From NCBI GenBank assembly GCA_000739535.1, contig DF820466.1:351071-402832 (forward strand): 51,762 bases of DNA. Direction: 5' to 3'. Positions 1 to 7,749 of this stretch are shown here, piece after piece (positions within the stretch are counted from its first letter, which is position 1; the number at the start of each line of letters is the position of its first letter). A program made the position numbers and the translations under genes. A model generated the notes under the pieces. It made no database searches, was not told the DNA's origin, and saw only the letters and a program-made list of their open reading frames with translations. The stretch comes from Candidatus Vecturithrix granuli. Lineage in GTDB: Bacteria; Moduliflexota; Moduliflexia; Moduliflexales; Moduliflexaceae.

Positions 1-142
1 CTGCTTTGACAGCGAAAGCAGAGCTTTCGCACTCCTCACCTGCAAACTTTTAAAACAGCTTCTAAGAATATTTTGATTTCATGTAAGTGATTATGATAAT
101 TTCTATGAGGGACAAATCTTTGAAAAGCCGGGAAGTTCTCTG

Positions 143-1246
143 CTACGTTCTCTCCGGATTCAAAATTTCAGCATAATTACGAACAATTGTTTCATAGACC
201 TGATCCACGCTGAGGCTCTGCATACAATAGCCCTTCTGCTCGCGTTCATACACGCATTGCACATAGGAGCCTCCATATTGATAGTGCGGGTATTTATTGC
301 AGGGTATGCAGGCCAGATTCGAGCGTACGATAATATGCCCTTTGCCATAGGGAGCATTCCGCCCGGGATCGCTGGGACCAAACAACCCGACGGTGGGCAC
401 CCGCATGGCGGTTGCTGTATGCATCAACCCTGAATCATTCGAGACAAAGAGCGTACATTGTTTGATCAATGCGGCTGTGTTCAGGATCGTTGTGGGTTCG
501 GGTATCAAAGGCTTGTGCTCCATAAAGGAAAAAATGTCCTTGTTTAAGGAAAGTTCATCGTCGCTCCCCAGGATAAGGATTTTCACGCCAAATTCTTCCG
601 TGAGTCTATCGCCGAGTCTGGCGAAATATTTGGCAGGCCAGCGTTTATAGATATTCCCCTGTGAAGGATTACAGCCAGGATGAAATCCAATCAGGCGATC
701 CTGGGGCGCCACATTGACGCTCTGTAACCAGGTTTCAGCATAGGTCTTTTCTTCCGGGTGCAAATCCCAGCATAAATTATCCTCAGCGTGTGACACGTCG
801 ATGCCAAGGCGCGTCAACAGCGACAAATTTTGTTTGACGTCATGGCAAAACACGCTGCTACCCACCAGGTCGGTTTGTAAAAATCCCAGGGTTTCCATGT
901 AGCCAACCTGATAGCGCGGCGCAATCCGGCGTTTTGCTCCGATCAGAAAACTCAGAAGATTAAATTCCGTACGATTTGCAGGAAATGCCGTGATATTGAC
1001 ATCATACCGTTCCCGCCGCAACATATAGAGAAAGCCCAATTTTCCTTTCAGGGTCGGGTGTGTTGAGGAGTTAAACACATACAAATGCCGACAGCGGTTG
1101 ATACGTTTCAGAATATCTTTGCTTACTTCATGGCGTACCAGCACATCAATGATGGCCTCAGGGAAACGCTGTTGAAGTAGGCGCAGCGTCGGGATAAATA
1201 AAATGGTATTGCCTAACCCGGTTAAGTACGAAATCAGTATTTTCAT
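143..1246 (-). CDS. Glycosyltransferase family 9 (ADP-heptose:LPS heptosyltransferase-like)
   Basis: The ORF translation shows the GT9-like N-terminal motif MKILISYLTGLGNTILFIPTLRLL and a C-terminal GLFGPSDP...NAPYG region typical of heptosyltransferases. The start was trimmed to the internal ATG at 1246 (MKILISY); the longer ORF-track N-terminus looks like read-through. Confidence 0.7.
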   Translation of the reverse strand: MKILISYLTGLGNTILFIPTLRLLQQRFPEAIIDVLVRHEVSKDILKRINRCRHLYVFNSSTHPTLKGKLGFLYMLRRERYDVNITAFPANRTEFNLLSFLIGAKRRIAPRYQVGYMETLGFLQTDLVGSSVFCHDVKQNLSLLTRLGIDVSHAEDNLCWDLHPEEKTYAETWLQSVNVAPQDRLIGFHPGCNPSQGNIYKRWPAKYFARLGDRLTEEFGVKILILGSDDELSLNKDIFSFMEHKPLIPEPTTILNTAALIKQCTLFVSNDSGLMHTATAMRVPTVGLFGPSDPGRNAPYGKGHIIVRSNLACIPCNKYPHYQYGGSYVQCVYEREQKGYCMQSLSVDQVYETIVRNYAEILNPERT

Positions 1247-1499
1247 GGTTTTGTGAATTGGGAAAAACGAAATTTTTTGCCGAGAAACAAGGATATTTTC
1301 AAATAATAGTATATCCTGAGTGTAATTTATGCAAGCGTCTTTACGAAGAATTTGCACTCGTTGGGTTTAGACAGCCCTGTCAAAAAAAATGTAAAATTCC
1401 TGAAAAAAACGTGAGTAATCTCATTCGTTGCGGGAATCTGCCTGGGTGTGTCCGCACGCAGACAGGTGAGCCTTTGAAATTCCCGCAACAACTTCAGAT

Positions 1500-1928
1500 T
1501 CATGGCAGAAATTTTTCAACCCCGGAAATTTTATACACAATCACCCCTTCTTCCATGTCCTCGGTCGAGACCTGGGCGTATCCTTTCTGTGTCAGATGAT
1601 CCACAATCAATTCCGCGGTTTCCAGAGTAATATCAAGCCCCATCGCCAACGTCGGCACACTTACTTTGCCCTGACGCAGACTGGCAAACAGCAGAGCTTC
1701 TCGAATCGGCAGTTTATAGGTCGAAAATAACAGCACAACCCCAATAATGATCAGCGGGGTTCCCAGGGCAAAGGCCCAGATGCCGGTGAGCCAGATCGGA
1801 AAACGCCAGCCAGCGTCCAGGTAGGTAACCACGCCCAGAATAATCAGCCCCCAACTCATCATCCGCCGCCGCTTGCGCCGGACGTTCAGACTCTTCACAT
1901 ATTCCAGAACATTCTCGTTTTGTGCCAT
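1500..1928 (-). CDS. Small membrane protein (two predicted TM helices plus a C-terminal soluble domain), possible partner of the adjacent SPFH protein
   Basis: A hydrophobic N-terminal half (WGLIILGVVTYL..., IIIGVVLLF) is followed by a soluble C-terminus. It lies immediately downstream of, and on the same strand as, the SPFH gene. The first ATG is at 1928; the ORF track begins at a TTG. Confidence 0.45.
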   Translation of the reverse strand: MAQNENVLEYVKSLNVRRKRRRMMSWGLIILGVVTYLDAGWRFPIWLTGIWAFALGTPLIIIGVVLLFSTYKLPIREALLFASLRQGKVSVPTLAMGLDITLETAELIVDHLTQKGYAQVSTEDMEEGVIVYKISGVEKFLP

Positions 1929-1939
1929 AATCAAGCTTC

Positions 1940-1972
1940 AAAAACCGGGTTTCTTCAAGAAACCCGGTTTTT
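1940..1972. terminator. Perfect palindromic hairpin (aaaaaccgggtttcttcaagaaacccggttttt) flanked by A and T runs; bidirectional terminator-like, and a member of a dispersed repeat family
   Basis: Seen in sequence. It sits between the SPFH stop (1986) and the downstream gene start. Near-identical copies occur at 22146-22176, 30594-30626, 35427-35460 and 50355-50388. Confidence 0.55.
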
Positions 1973-1985
1973 CGCAATGTAGGGT

Positions 1986-3956
1986 TCATGGTTTTTGTTC
2001 AACCGGCTGCGTCAATTCTGCCGGAGTCGTAGTTTGAACCTTCAATTGGTTTGCCACCATCAGACTCAGCATATTGAGCACGTCAGAAATCGCGCTGCTC
2101 ATCTGGCTGGTTCCGGCCGCCTGTCCGCCGATCACCATATCAGGCACCCATTTCTGCTTGCCAATCTCAGAGGCAAAACGCGTCATCACTTCTTTATAGA
2201 TATTCAAACGCAGTTCTTCCAGATTATCCGCCTGAATGAGCAATTGCCGCCGTTTGGCTTCCCCTTCGCCCAGGGCGATCTGTTTCAGCTTTTCCTGTTC
2301 GGCCGCCTCGCGTTCCAGTTTTGCCACTTCAAGAAACTGTTCCCCTTGAATGATTGCGACTCGCTTTTGTTCTTCCGCTTTGGTCTCAGCCACAATCTTG
2401 CCGGTTTCCGCATTGATTTTCTGGCTCTGCTGCTGCACCAATGCTTCCTGCCGCGCCAGTTTCGCTTTTTCCTCTTCCCGTTTCTGTTCTTCAATGATCT
2501 GCTCGCGCTGTTTTTCCGCAATTTCCTTGAGTTGGATTGGCTGCAGCAGCTCATCCGGGATCGTATAATCGCGGACAAAGGTATTGGCAATCGTAATTCT
2601 GGCTTTCGTTCCCTCTTGTTGGAGCGCCTGTGCGAATTTATCCTGGAAGTTCTTGCGCGTCTCGCCTTTGACAAAATCAACCGCTTTGAGCATCGAACCT
2701 TCAAGACGGGCAAAGGAACGGGACCCGGGACGGATGATCTTGGTTTTGACGTCATCCATATTTTTTCCGACCGTCGCCACGACATAGGGAGCGTCTTCAG
2801 GATGGATTTCGTAGAGAATGGTCACGTCAATATTAATTCTGAAACCATCGTTTGACAGGAAATCGATCTGGTCGGCAATTGAGGTGTCGCCCTGATCCAG
2901 GAAATGCGTCATCTCATATTTCTGCTTGCGCGTGTCAACCGGCACAATGTCAAATTCATAAGGATTGATGTAGTATAAACCAGGTTTCAAATATTGGGTG
3001 CGAATGCCGCGGAAGCCTTCATCCACTAGCAGTTGGTCGCCCGGCGCAGGTTTGCCGGTTTTGGCAATCATCACACCCACGAAACCATCAGGAATCGCCA
3101 CCGCATCCGTCAATTCCACCTGAAATTCATACGGATTGATATAGTATGTTCCTGGCTCCAGGACTTCTCGGATAATCCCCTGGGACTTGCTGCTGCGATC
3201 CACCAGAACGCTGCCCGGCGGCGGCAATTCTCCGACTTTACGGGTTAATACCCCCACTTTTCCGGCTGGAATCGTGACCGCATCCACAATATCCCATGTG
3301 TAAATATAGGGATGCAAATACTGAATGCCTGGTTCCAACACCTCTTTGATAATGCCGCGATAATTGCTCTCACGCGGTATAAGAATTTGACCAGCCGGCG
3401 CAGGATCGCCGATTTTCCGTGTGAGCACACCGATTTTCCCCGGTTCGATATTCAAGGCATCGTACAGTTCAATGCTGAAATATTTTGTGTTGATCTGATA
3501 GGTTCCCGGTTTCAACGTTGTTGTTCGAATCCCTTTTTCACCCATCTGCACTAACTGACCGGTTTTTTCATCAATCTGATCATCCTCAGCCAGCACCGCG
3601 CCCTCGCGCAGTTCGCGGCCATCCTGCGCAATCAGCACACCGACTTTGCCGTTGGGTACCACCGTTACCGGGACTTTGCTGATTTCCATAAAAGCCGTGG
3701 TAGTCCAGAAAAAATGCAAGCCCGGCCTGAGCACTTCACGCTGCGTGCCTTTATACCCTTCTTCCACAATGAAACGTCCGGGCGGCGGTGTTTTCCCGCG
3801 TTTATGTACTACAATGCCGATATACCCGGGATCAATCGTCACGACACATAGGGTCCAGAGCACTCCTCCCAACACAAGCACAAGCACAGCAATCACCCCA
3901 ATCATGACGGAAGAGCGTAAAGGTTTATATGAGGCAGGTTGTTGAGTTTTTTCCAT
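1986..3956 (-). CDS. SPFH/band-7 (flotillin-like) membrane protein with five tandem ~60-aa N-terminal repeats and an E/A/K/Q-rich coiled coil
   Basis: An N-terminal TM helix is followed by a repeated module (VPxGKVGVLxRKxG...PG..L...GI..EVLEPGxYYINPYEF) occurring five times. After that comes an SPFH core (INIDVTILYEI...ARITIANTFVRDYTIPDE), then a long EEQKREEEKAKLARQEA coiled coil and a C-terminal flotillin-like tail. The RBS is AGGAGGG upstream of the ATG at 3956. Confidence 0.75.
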   Translation of the reverse strand: MEKTQQPASYKPLRSSVMIGVIAVLVLVLGGVLWTLCVVTIDPGYIGIVVHKRGKTPPPGRFIVEEGYKGTQREVLRPGLHFFWTTTAFMEISKVPVTVVPNGKVGVLIAQDGRELREGAVLAEDDQIDEKTGQLVQMGEKGIRTTTLKPGTYQINTKYFSIELYDALNIEPGKIGVLTRKIGDPAPAGQILIPRESNYRGIIKEVLEPGIQYLHPYIYTWDIVDAVTIPAGKVGVLTRKVGELPPPGSVLVDRSSKSQGIIREVLEPGTYYINPYEFQVELTDAVAIPDGFVGVMIAKTGKPAPGDQLLVDEGFRGIRTQYLKPGLYYINPYEFDIVPVDTRKQKYEMTHFLDQGDTSIADQIDFLSNDGFRINIDVTILYEIHPEDAPYVVATVGKNMDDVKTKIIRPGSRSFARLEGSMLKAVDFVKGETRKNFQDKFAQALQQEGTKARITIANTFVRDYTIPDELLQPIQLKEIAEKQREQIIEEQKREEEKAKLARQEALVQQQSQKINAETGKIVAETKAEEQKRVAIIQGEQFLEVAKLEREAAEQEKLKQIALGEGEAKRRQLLIQADNLEELRLNIYKEVMTRFASEIGKQKWVPDMVIGGQAAGTSQMSSAISDVLNMLSLMVANQLKVQTTTPAELTQPVEQKP

Positions 3957-4006
3957 AGAAAAGCCCTCCTTTCGGAAAGTCTGAGTTGGCGTTAATAAAT
4001 GTAATT

Positions 4007-4093
4007 AACTACAAGGATTTCTCATAAGCAAGGATTTTTACCAGTATCAAGCAAAATTTCTGAAAATCCTTGTTTATGAGAAATCCTTGTAGT
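4007..4093. repeat. MITE-like palindromic element, family C (termini AACTACAAGGAT...ATCCTTGTAGT)
   Basis: Seen in sequence as an inverted repeat. Family members are also at 5069-5157, 7481-7655 (carrying a nested family D element), 16831-17018, 18146-18213, 21319-21447, 26953-27026, 43444-43530, 45257-45339 and 50519-50623. CTACAACG-ended variants are at 8950-9237, 24999-25108 and 45057-45127. Confidence 0.8.
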
Positions 4094-4123
4094 GACTTAG
4101 ATGAATTTCTGAATATCTATAAG

Positions 4124-4256
4124 TACAATACTTCGGACAGTTTTGATTCCACCCCCCGCAAGCGGGGGGAAGCGCATCCGAGAGGGGTATGTCCAATTTC
4201 CCCCCGTTGACGGGGGGATAAAGGGGGGTCATACGAAAACTGTTCGAACTATTGTA
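4124..4256. repeat. MITE-like element, family B (termini TACAATACTTCGGACAGTTTT...AAAACTGTTCGAACTATTGTA, with internal C7/G7 hairpins)
   Basis: Seen in sequence. A reverse-orientation copy at 45375-45516 is nested inside a family A element. Confidence 0.8.
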
Positions 4257-4500
4257 TAGTACATAGTAGGGAAATTTTTTCAAGGTGTCAAACAATTCCT
4301 TTACAAAATTGACGAAATATTGTTTACTGTTTTGGGAATTTCAAAAACTTGTTCTCCAAATAAGTAATTATCAATAAGTTTTTTTAGTTTCTCGCAAAGC
4401 CCGCCAAGCTCGAAAAGAATGGATGTTCAAAGGCTTTGCGAGAGAAATCAAACAAATTTATTCATAACTACTTAGCAAGGATGCGAGAAATTCTTGCTTA

Positions 4501-4615
4501 GGTAATGGTTAAATGGGAAGTGATGCGTTCCCTGAGCGAAGTCGAAGGGAACAGTGAGCGGCTCGTTTCGACTTCGCTCAACGAGCGGGCATCACTTCCC
4601 ATTTAACCACTACCC
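4501..4615. repeat. MITE-like element, family A (GGTAGTGGTTAAATGGTAAGTGATG...CATCACTTACCATTTAACCACTACC), flanked by an 8-bp direct repeat CTTGCTTA
   Basis: Seen in sequence as a long imperfect palindrome. Other copies are at 32231-32344 (flanked by CAAATTTG direct repeats), 43164-43278 and 45359-45620 (carrying a nested family B element). Confidence 0.8.
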
Positions 4616-4658
4616 TTGCTTATTCTTTATTCCTGTAGTTTTTTCCAAACAACATTGC

Positions 4659-5039
4659 ATGACAATAATGCTACGCTTAACTCTCGGAGATAAAATTTTG
4701 ATCGGCGGTCTGCTGCTGCTATCGCTCGCCAGCTATCCGCTGCTCAGAACCTTGATGACCGAGGGCAGTCAGGTCCAGATTGAGACCGATGGCAGAATTT
4801 TCCAGGTCGTATCTCTGGATGTTGATCAGACCATAGCTGTCCCTGGCCCGCTTGGCGCAACCTTTGTGGTCATTCATGCCGGCGCGGTGCATGTGTCCGC
4901 CTCGCCGTGCCATAACAAAATCTGCGTGAACACAGGTGAAATTTCTTACGCCGGACAAATGATTGTGTGCGTACCCAATAAAGTGGTCGTCCGCGTCATC
5001 GGCAAACAAGAACTCCCTTATGACGCCGTGACACAGTGA
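4659..5039 (+). CDS. NusG domain II-containing (DUF1312-like) small membrane protein
   Basis: An N-terminal TM helix (ILIGGLLLLSLASYPLL) is followed by VQIETDGRIF...VSASPCHNKICVNTGEISYAGQMIVCVPNKVVVRVIG, which matches the conserved C-x-x-x-ICV...G...VCLP core of NusG_II proteins. The start is placed at the ATG at 4659 because the upstream part of the ORF lies within a MITE. Confidence 0.55.
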   Translation: MTIMLRLTLGDKILIGGLLLLSLASYPLLRTLMTEGSQVQIETDGRIFQVVSLDVDQTIAVPGPLGATFVVIHAGAVHVSASPCHNKICVNTGEISYAGQMIVCVPNKVVVRVIGKQELPYDAVTQ

Positions 5040-5278
5040 AAAGATTTCAGATTTTCCGGCTTTTTTGTGGAACTACAAAGATTGAATTTACAAAGAATTT
5101 GAGATTCATTACAAAATTGGGAATTCAATCCCTTGTAAACTCAATCCTTGTAGTTCCACAAAAAAGCCTTGACTTTCTTCCTGACCCTGCTATAGATCAA
5201 CCGATGTCATGCGAGGAATCAATGTAGGTCGAAACTGAAGTTTCGACCCGGTTACAGGATGAAAAGGAAAGGATTTTT

Positions 5279-6445
5279 ATGCCGGAAGAGCGGACAGCTT
5301 ACGATGTGTTTCTCAGTTTCAACAGCGAAGACCGTGACGCTGTGCGAAAAATTGCGGAATATCTTGCGAAAGAGGTAAAGCTGCATCCCTGGTTCGATGA
5401 ATGGGATCTCAGTCCTGGAGATGAATGGATTGATGGCTTATACCGGGGATTAGAATCATCCGCAGTTTGCGCGATTTTTGTCGGCAAGAATGGTGAAGGT
5501 CCCTGGCAGAGACGAGAAATCAGAGCAGCCCTGATAGAACAAGCAGCACGGTCGGATTTTCGACTTATCCCTGTCCTCCTCCCTGGAACATCAAAACAGC
5601 CGCAATTGCCTCCGTTTTTAAAAGCGTTTATGTGGGTAGATTTGCGACAATATCTCAAGGATCCTGATGGATTGCGTCGTCTTGTCTGCGGGATTCGCGG
5701 CGAACGCCCGGGACGTCCTGTCACCGCCGAGGGCGAACCGGATTTGCGCCTGCACGAAATTGCGGTGGCCTATAATTTCGATTTGAACGAATTTGTGAAC
5801 GATTGTTTAGACGCGCTCTGGGGCAGGCGCGGAATTGTCGGATTTGGCGTGCCCTGCCTGTCGCCTGAATTTCTGAGCAACGTGAGCGAACGCCTGAAAT
5901 ATGAATTGGGACGCCAGAAAGTGCGCGTCAAACCGGCAATTGTGCTGCACCCGCTGTTTACCACTATCGAACAGGCGATTCTGACCGTGAGCCGGCGTTA
6001 CGCGCCGGCCTTGCAGGAAGGCGATGTGTTATTTACCGTGCAAGCAGCGGAAGAAGACGCGGGGCGGCAATTCTGGAACGCCCTGAGCCAGGCTGTGAAC
6101 CCGGCCATCCTGTCTCAACACCGCCTGATCGTTCTCCTGGCGGTCAATCCCGACGCCGGTTTCACGCAAGACATCATCCCGTTAAGCCAGCCGCAATTCA
6201 GAATCGCGGACATGATGCGCTGGGTCGCTCAAATCGTGCGAGCTTGCCAGTGGCCTGAAGAACTGATTGAGGAGTGGACCGACGAATTTCTGGAAGAATG
6301 TCATTGCGAAAATACGCTCCGGATTGATTGGGTCTATGATTATCTGGAAGCCATGTTAGACCTGCTGAGGCAAAAACCGCAACTGTACCAATTTCAGCAA
6401 GAATTATACACAAGGAGACAACGCTATGTCCAGACATCGCTTTGA
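5279..6445 (+). CDS. TIR-domain protein with a ~250-aa C-terminal helical domain (candidate vWA-MoxR-associated effector component)
   Basis: The N-terminal ~135 aa (YDVFLSFNSEDRDAVRKIAEYLAKE...WFDEWDLSPGDEW...VCAIFVGKNGEGPWQRREI...RLIPVLLPG) fit a TIR fold, and they are about 55% identical to the TIR domain of the NACHT protein at 21466. The gene overlaps the downstream ATPase gene by 20 nt. RBS AAAGGAAAGG. Confidence 0.8.
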   Translation: MPEERTAYDVFLSFNSEDRDAVRKIAEYLAKEVKLHPWFDEWDLSPGDEWIDGLYRGLESSAVCAIFVGKNGEGPWQRREIRAALIEQAARSDFRLIPVLLPGTSKQPQLPPFLKAFMWVDLRQYLKDPDGLRRLVCGIRGERPGRPVTAEGEPDLRLHEIAVAYNFDLNEFVNDCLDALWGRRGIVGFGVPCLSPEFLSNVSERLKYELGRQKVRVKPAIVLHPLFTTIEQAILTVSRRYAPALQEGDVLFTVQAAEEDAGRQFWNALSQAVNPAILSQHRLIVLLAVNPDAGFTQDIIPLSQPQFRIADMMRWVAQIVRACQWPEELIEEWTDEFLEECHCENTLRIDWVYDYLEAMLDLLRQKPQLYQFQQELYTRRQRYVQTSL

Positions 6446-7418
6446 TCTGTCGAAAACCTTTGAAAACCGGCAGGATCTGCCGCCCTTTCAGGAGCTTGAG
6501 GACCCGACCGTGCAGCTTGAAGGCGTGCCGCAGGAAAATTGGCCGAAACGCCAGGTGGAACGCGAACCCTATAAAGCCGGCGGCGAACTGATTGAGGCCG
6601 TGAATTTAGCCATGGCTTCAGGCCGGCCCCTGCTGCTGCAAGGCGATCCGGGCTGCGGCAAAACGCGCCTGGCTCATGCGGTGGCGTATGAATTGCAACT
6701 GCCCCTGGAGGAATGTTACATCAAATCCACGACCCGCGCCCAGGATTTGCTCTACACCTACGATGCGGTCAATCGCTTATACGATGCGCAGTTAGGTGCT
6801 GATGGTCCGCGTATCAACAGCATACCCAAATGCCAGCAGATCGCCAATTACATTCGCTTCGGCCCTTTGGGGCGCGCCATTATCCGCGCGCAATATGGCC
6901 GCCGCTCCGTGGTGCTGATTGATGAAATTGACAAGGCGGATCTCGATTTCCCCAACGATCTGCTGCTGGAACTCGACCGCTTGCAATTTCAGGTGGCCGA
7001 AGCGCCGGAAATGCACTACGCCGTGCCGGAAGCTCAGGATAACCTGCGTCCGGTCGTGTTTGTGACCCATAACGAAGAAAAAGCTCTGCCCACCGCTTTT
7101 TTACGGCGCTGTATTTTTCAGTATGTCGAATTTCCCGACAGCGAAGCCGAATTACTGGAAATCCTGGCCGCGCACGACATGACGCACGACGCCTTAAATC
7201 ACGAAGCAGTCAGTGTGATCAGGGAATTTCGTCAGAGAACCGGCTACGAAAAACTGCCGGGCCTGAGCGAATTGCTCGACTGGGTGGGTTATATGCAGAC
7301 CCTTGAACAAGAACAGCCCGAATTGAAGTTAAAAGATAAAGTGCGGAAATTGCCCTTCATCGGCTTCCTGTTCAAACACCAGAGCGACCAGAAACGGGCG
7401 AAAAAGGAATTGTTATGA
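6426..7418 (+). CDS. AAA+ ATPase, MoxR/AAA_5-like
   Basis: Walker A is LLLQGDPGCGKTRLA and Walker B is VVLIDEIDKAD. The size (330 aa) and the position directly upstream of a vWA protein match MoxR-vWA pairs. RBS AGGAGA. The start overlaps the TIR gene. Confidence 0.75.
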   Translation: MSRHRFDLSKTFENRQDLPPFQELEDPTVQLEGVPQENWPKRQVEREPYKAGGELIEAVNLAMASGRPLLLQGDPGCGKTRLAHAVAYELQLPLEECYIKSTTRAQDLLYTYDAVNRLYDAQLGADGPRINSIPKCQQIANYIRFGPLGRAIIRAQYGRRSVVLIDEIDKADLDFPNDLLLELDRLQFQVAEAPEMHYAVPEAQDNLRPVVFVTHNEEKALPTAFLRRCIFQYVEFPDSEAELLEILAAHDMTHDALNHEAVSVIREFRQRTGYEKLPGLSELLDWVGYMQTLEQEQPELKLKDKVRKLPFIGFLFKHQSDQKRAKKELL

Positions 7419-7440
7419 TTATTCAGCCCGCGAAACACGC

Positions 7441-7745
7441 GAAACACGCGAAAAAAAGAAGATTCTTTCGTGAAGTTATGGAACTACAAGGATTGAGTTT
7501 ACAAGGGATGGGTACTGCGTGTATCCGGCGTCTCAGCAATCCCTTGTTCCCTCAATCCTTCTGGTAGTCTCGCCCTACGTGGCGGGTTTATCGGCGCCAT
7601 TCCCGCCGCGTAGGGCGGGACTACTTTTTTACGAAATTATGTAGTAGTTCCACAACTTGCACGGAAGAACCGAAAAATATATTTTTCAACCAAACGTTCA
7701 ATCCGGTTCTTCCTTTTCGTGTGTTTCGCGTGTTTCGCGGGCAGA
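7441..7745. repeat. Composite insertion between the ATPase and vWA genes: a family C MITE (7481-7655) with a family D element (7561-7625) nested near its right end, all bracketed by inverted CGAAACACGCGAAACACGCG repeats (7440-7460 and 7718-7740)
   Basis: Seen in sequence. The family C right terminus GTAGTTCCACA reappears at 7645-7655, after the inserted GGTAGTCTCGCCCTACGTGGCGGG...GGGCGGGACTAC block. Confidence 0.6.
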
Positions 7746-7749
7746 TCGA

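Noticed and set aside
143-1357. Full 404-aa ORF for the GT9 glycosyltransferase
   Set aside because: The first 37 codons have no family resemblance. Homologs begin at MKILISY, so the start was trimmed to 1246.
1995-2855. 286-aa + strand ORF and the 166-aa/72-aa ORFs nearby
   Set aside because: They lie entirely antisense to, or in alternate frames of, the well-supported SPFH/flotillin gene. Their composition is arginine/leucine-rich, as expected for antisense coiled-coil codons.
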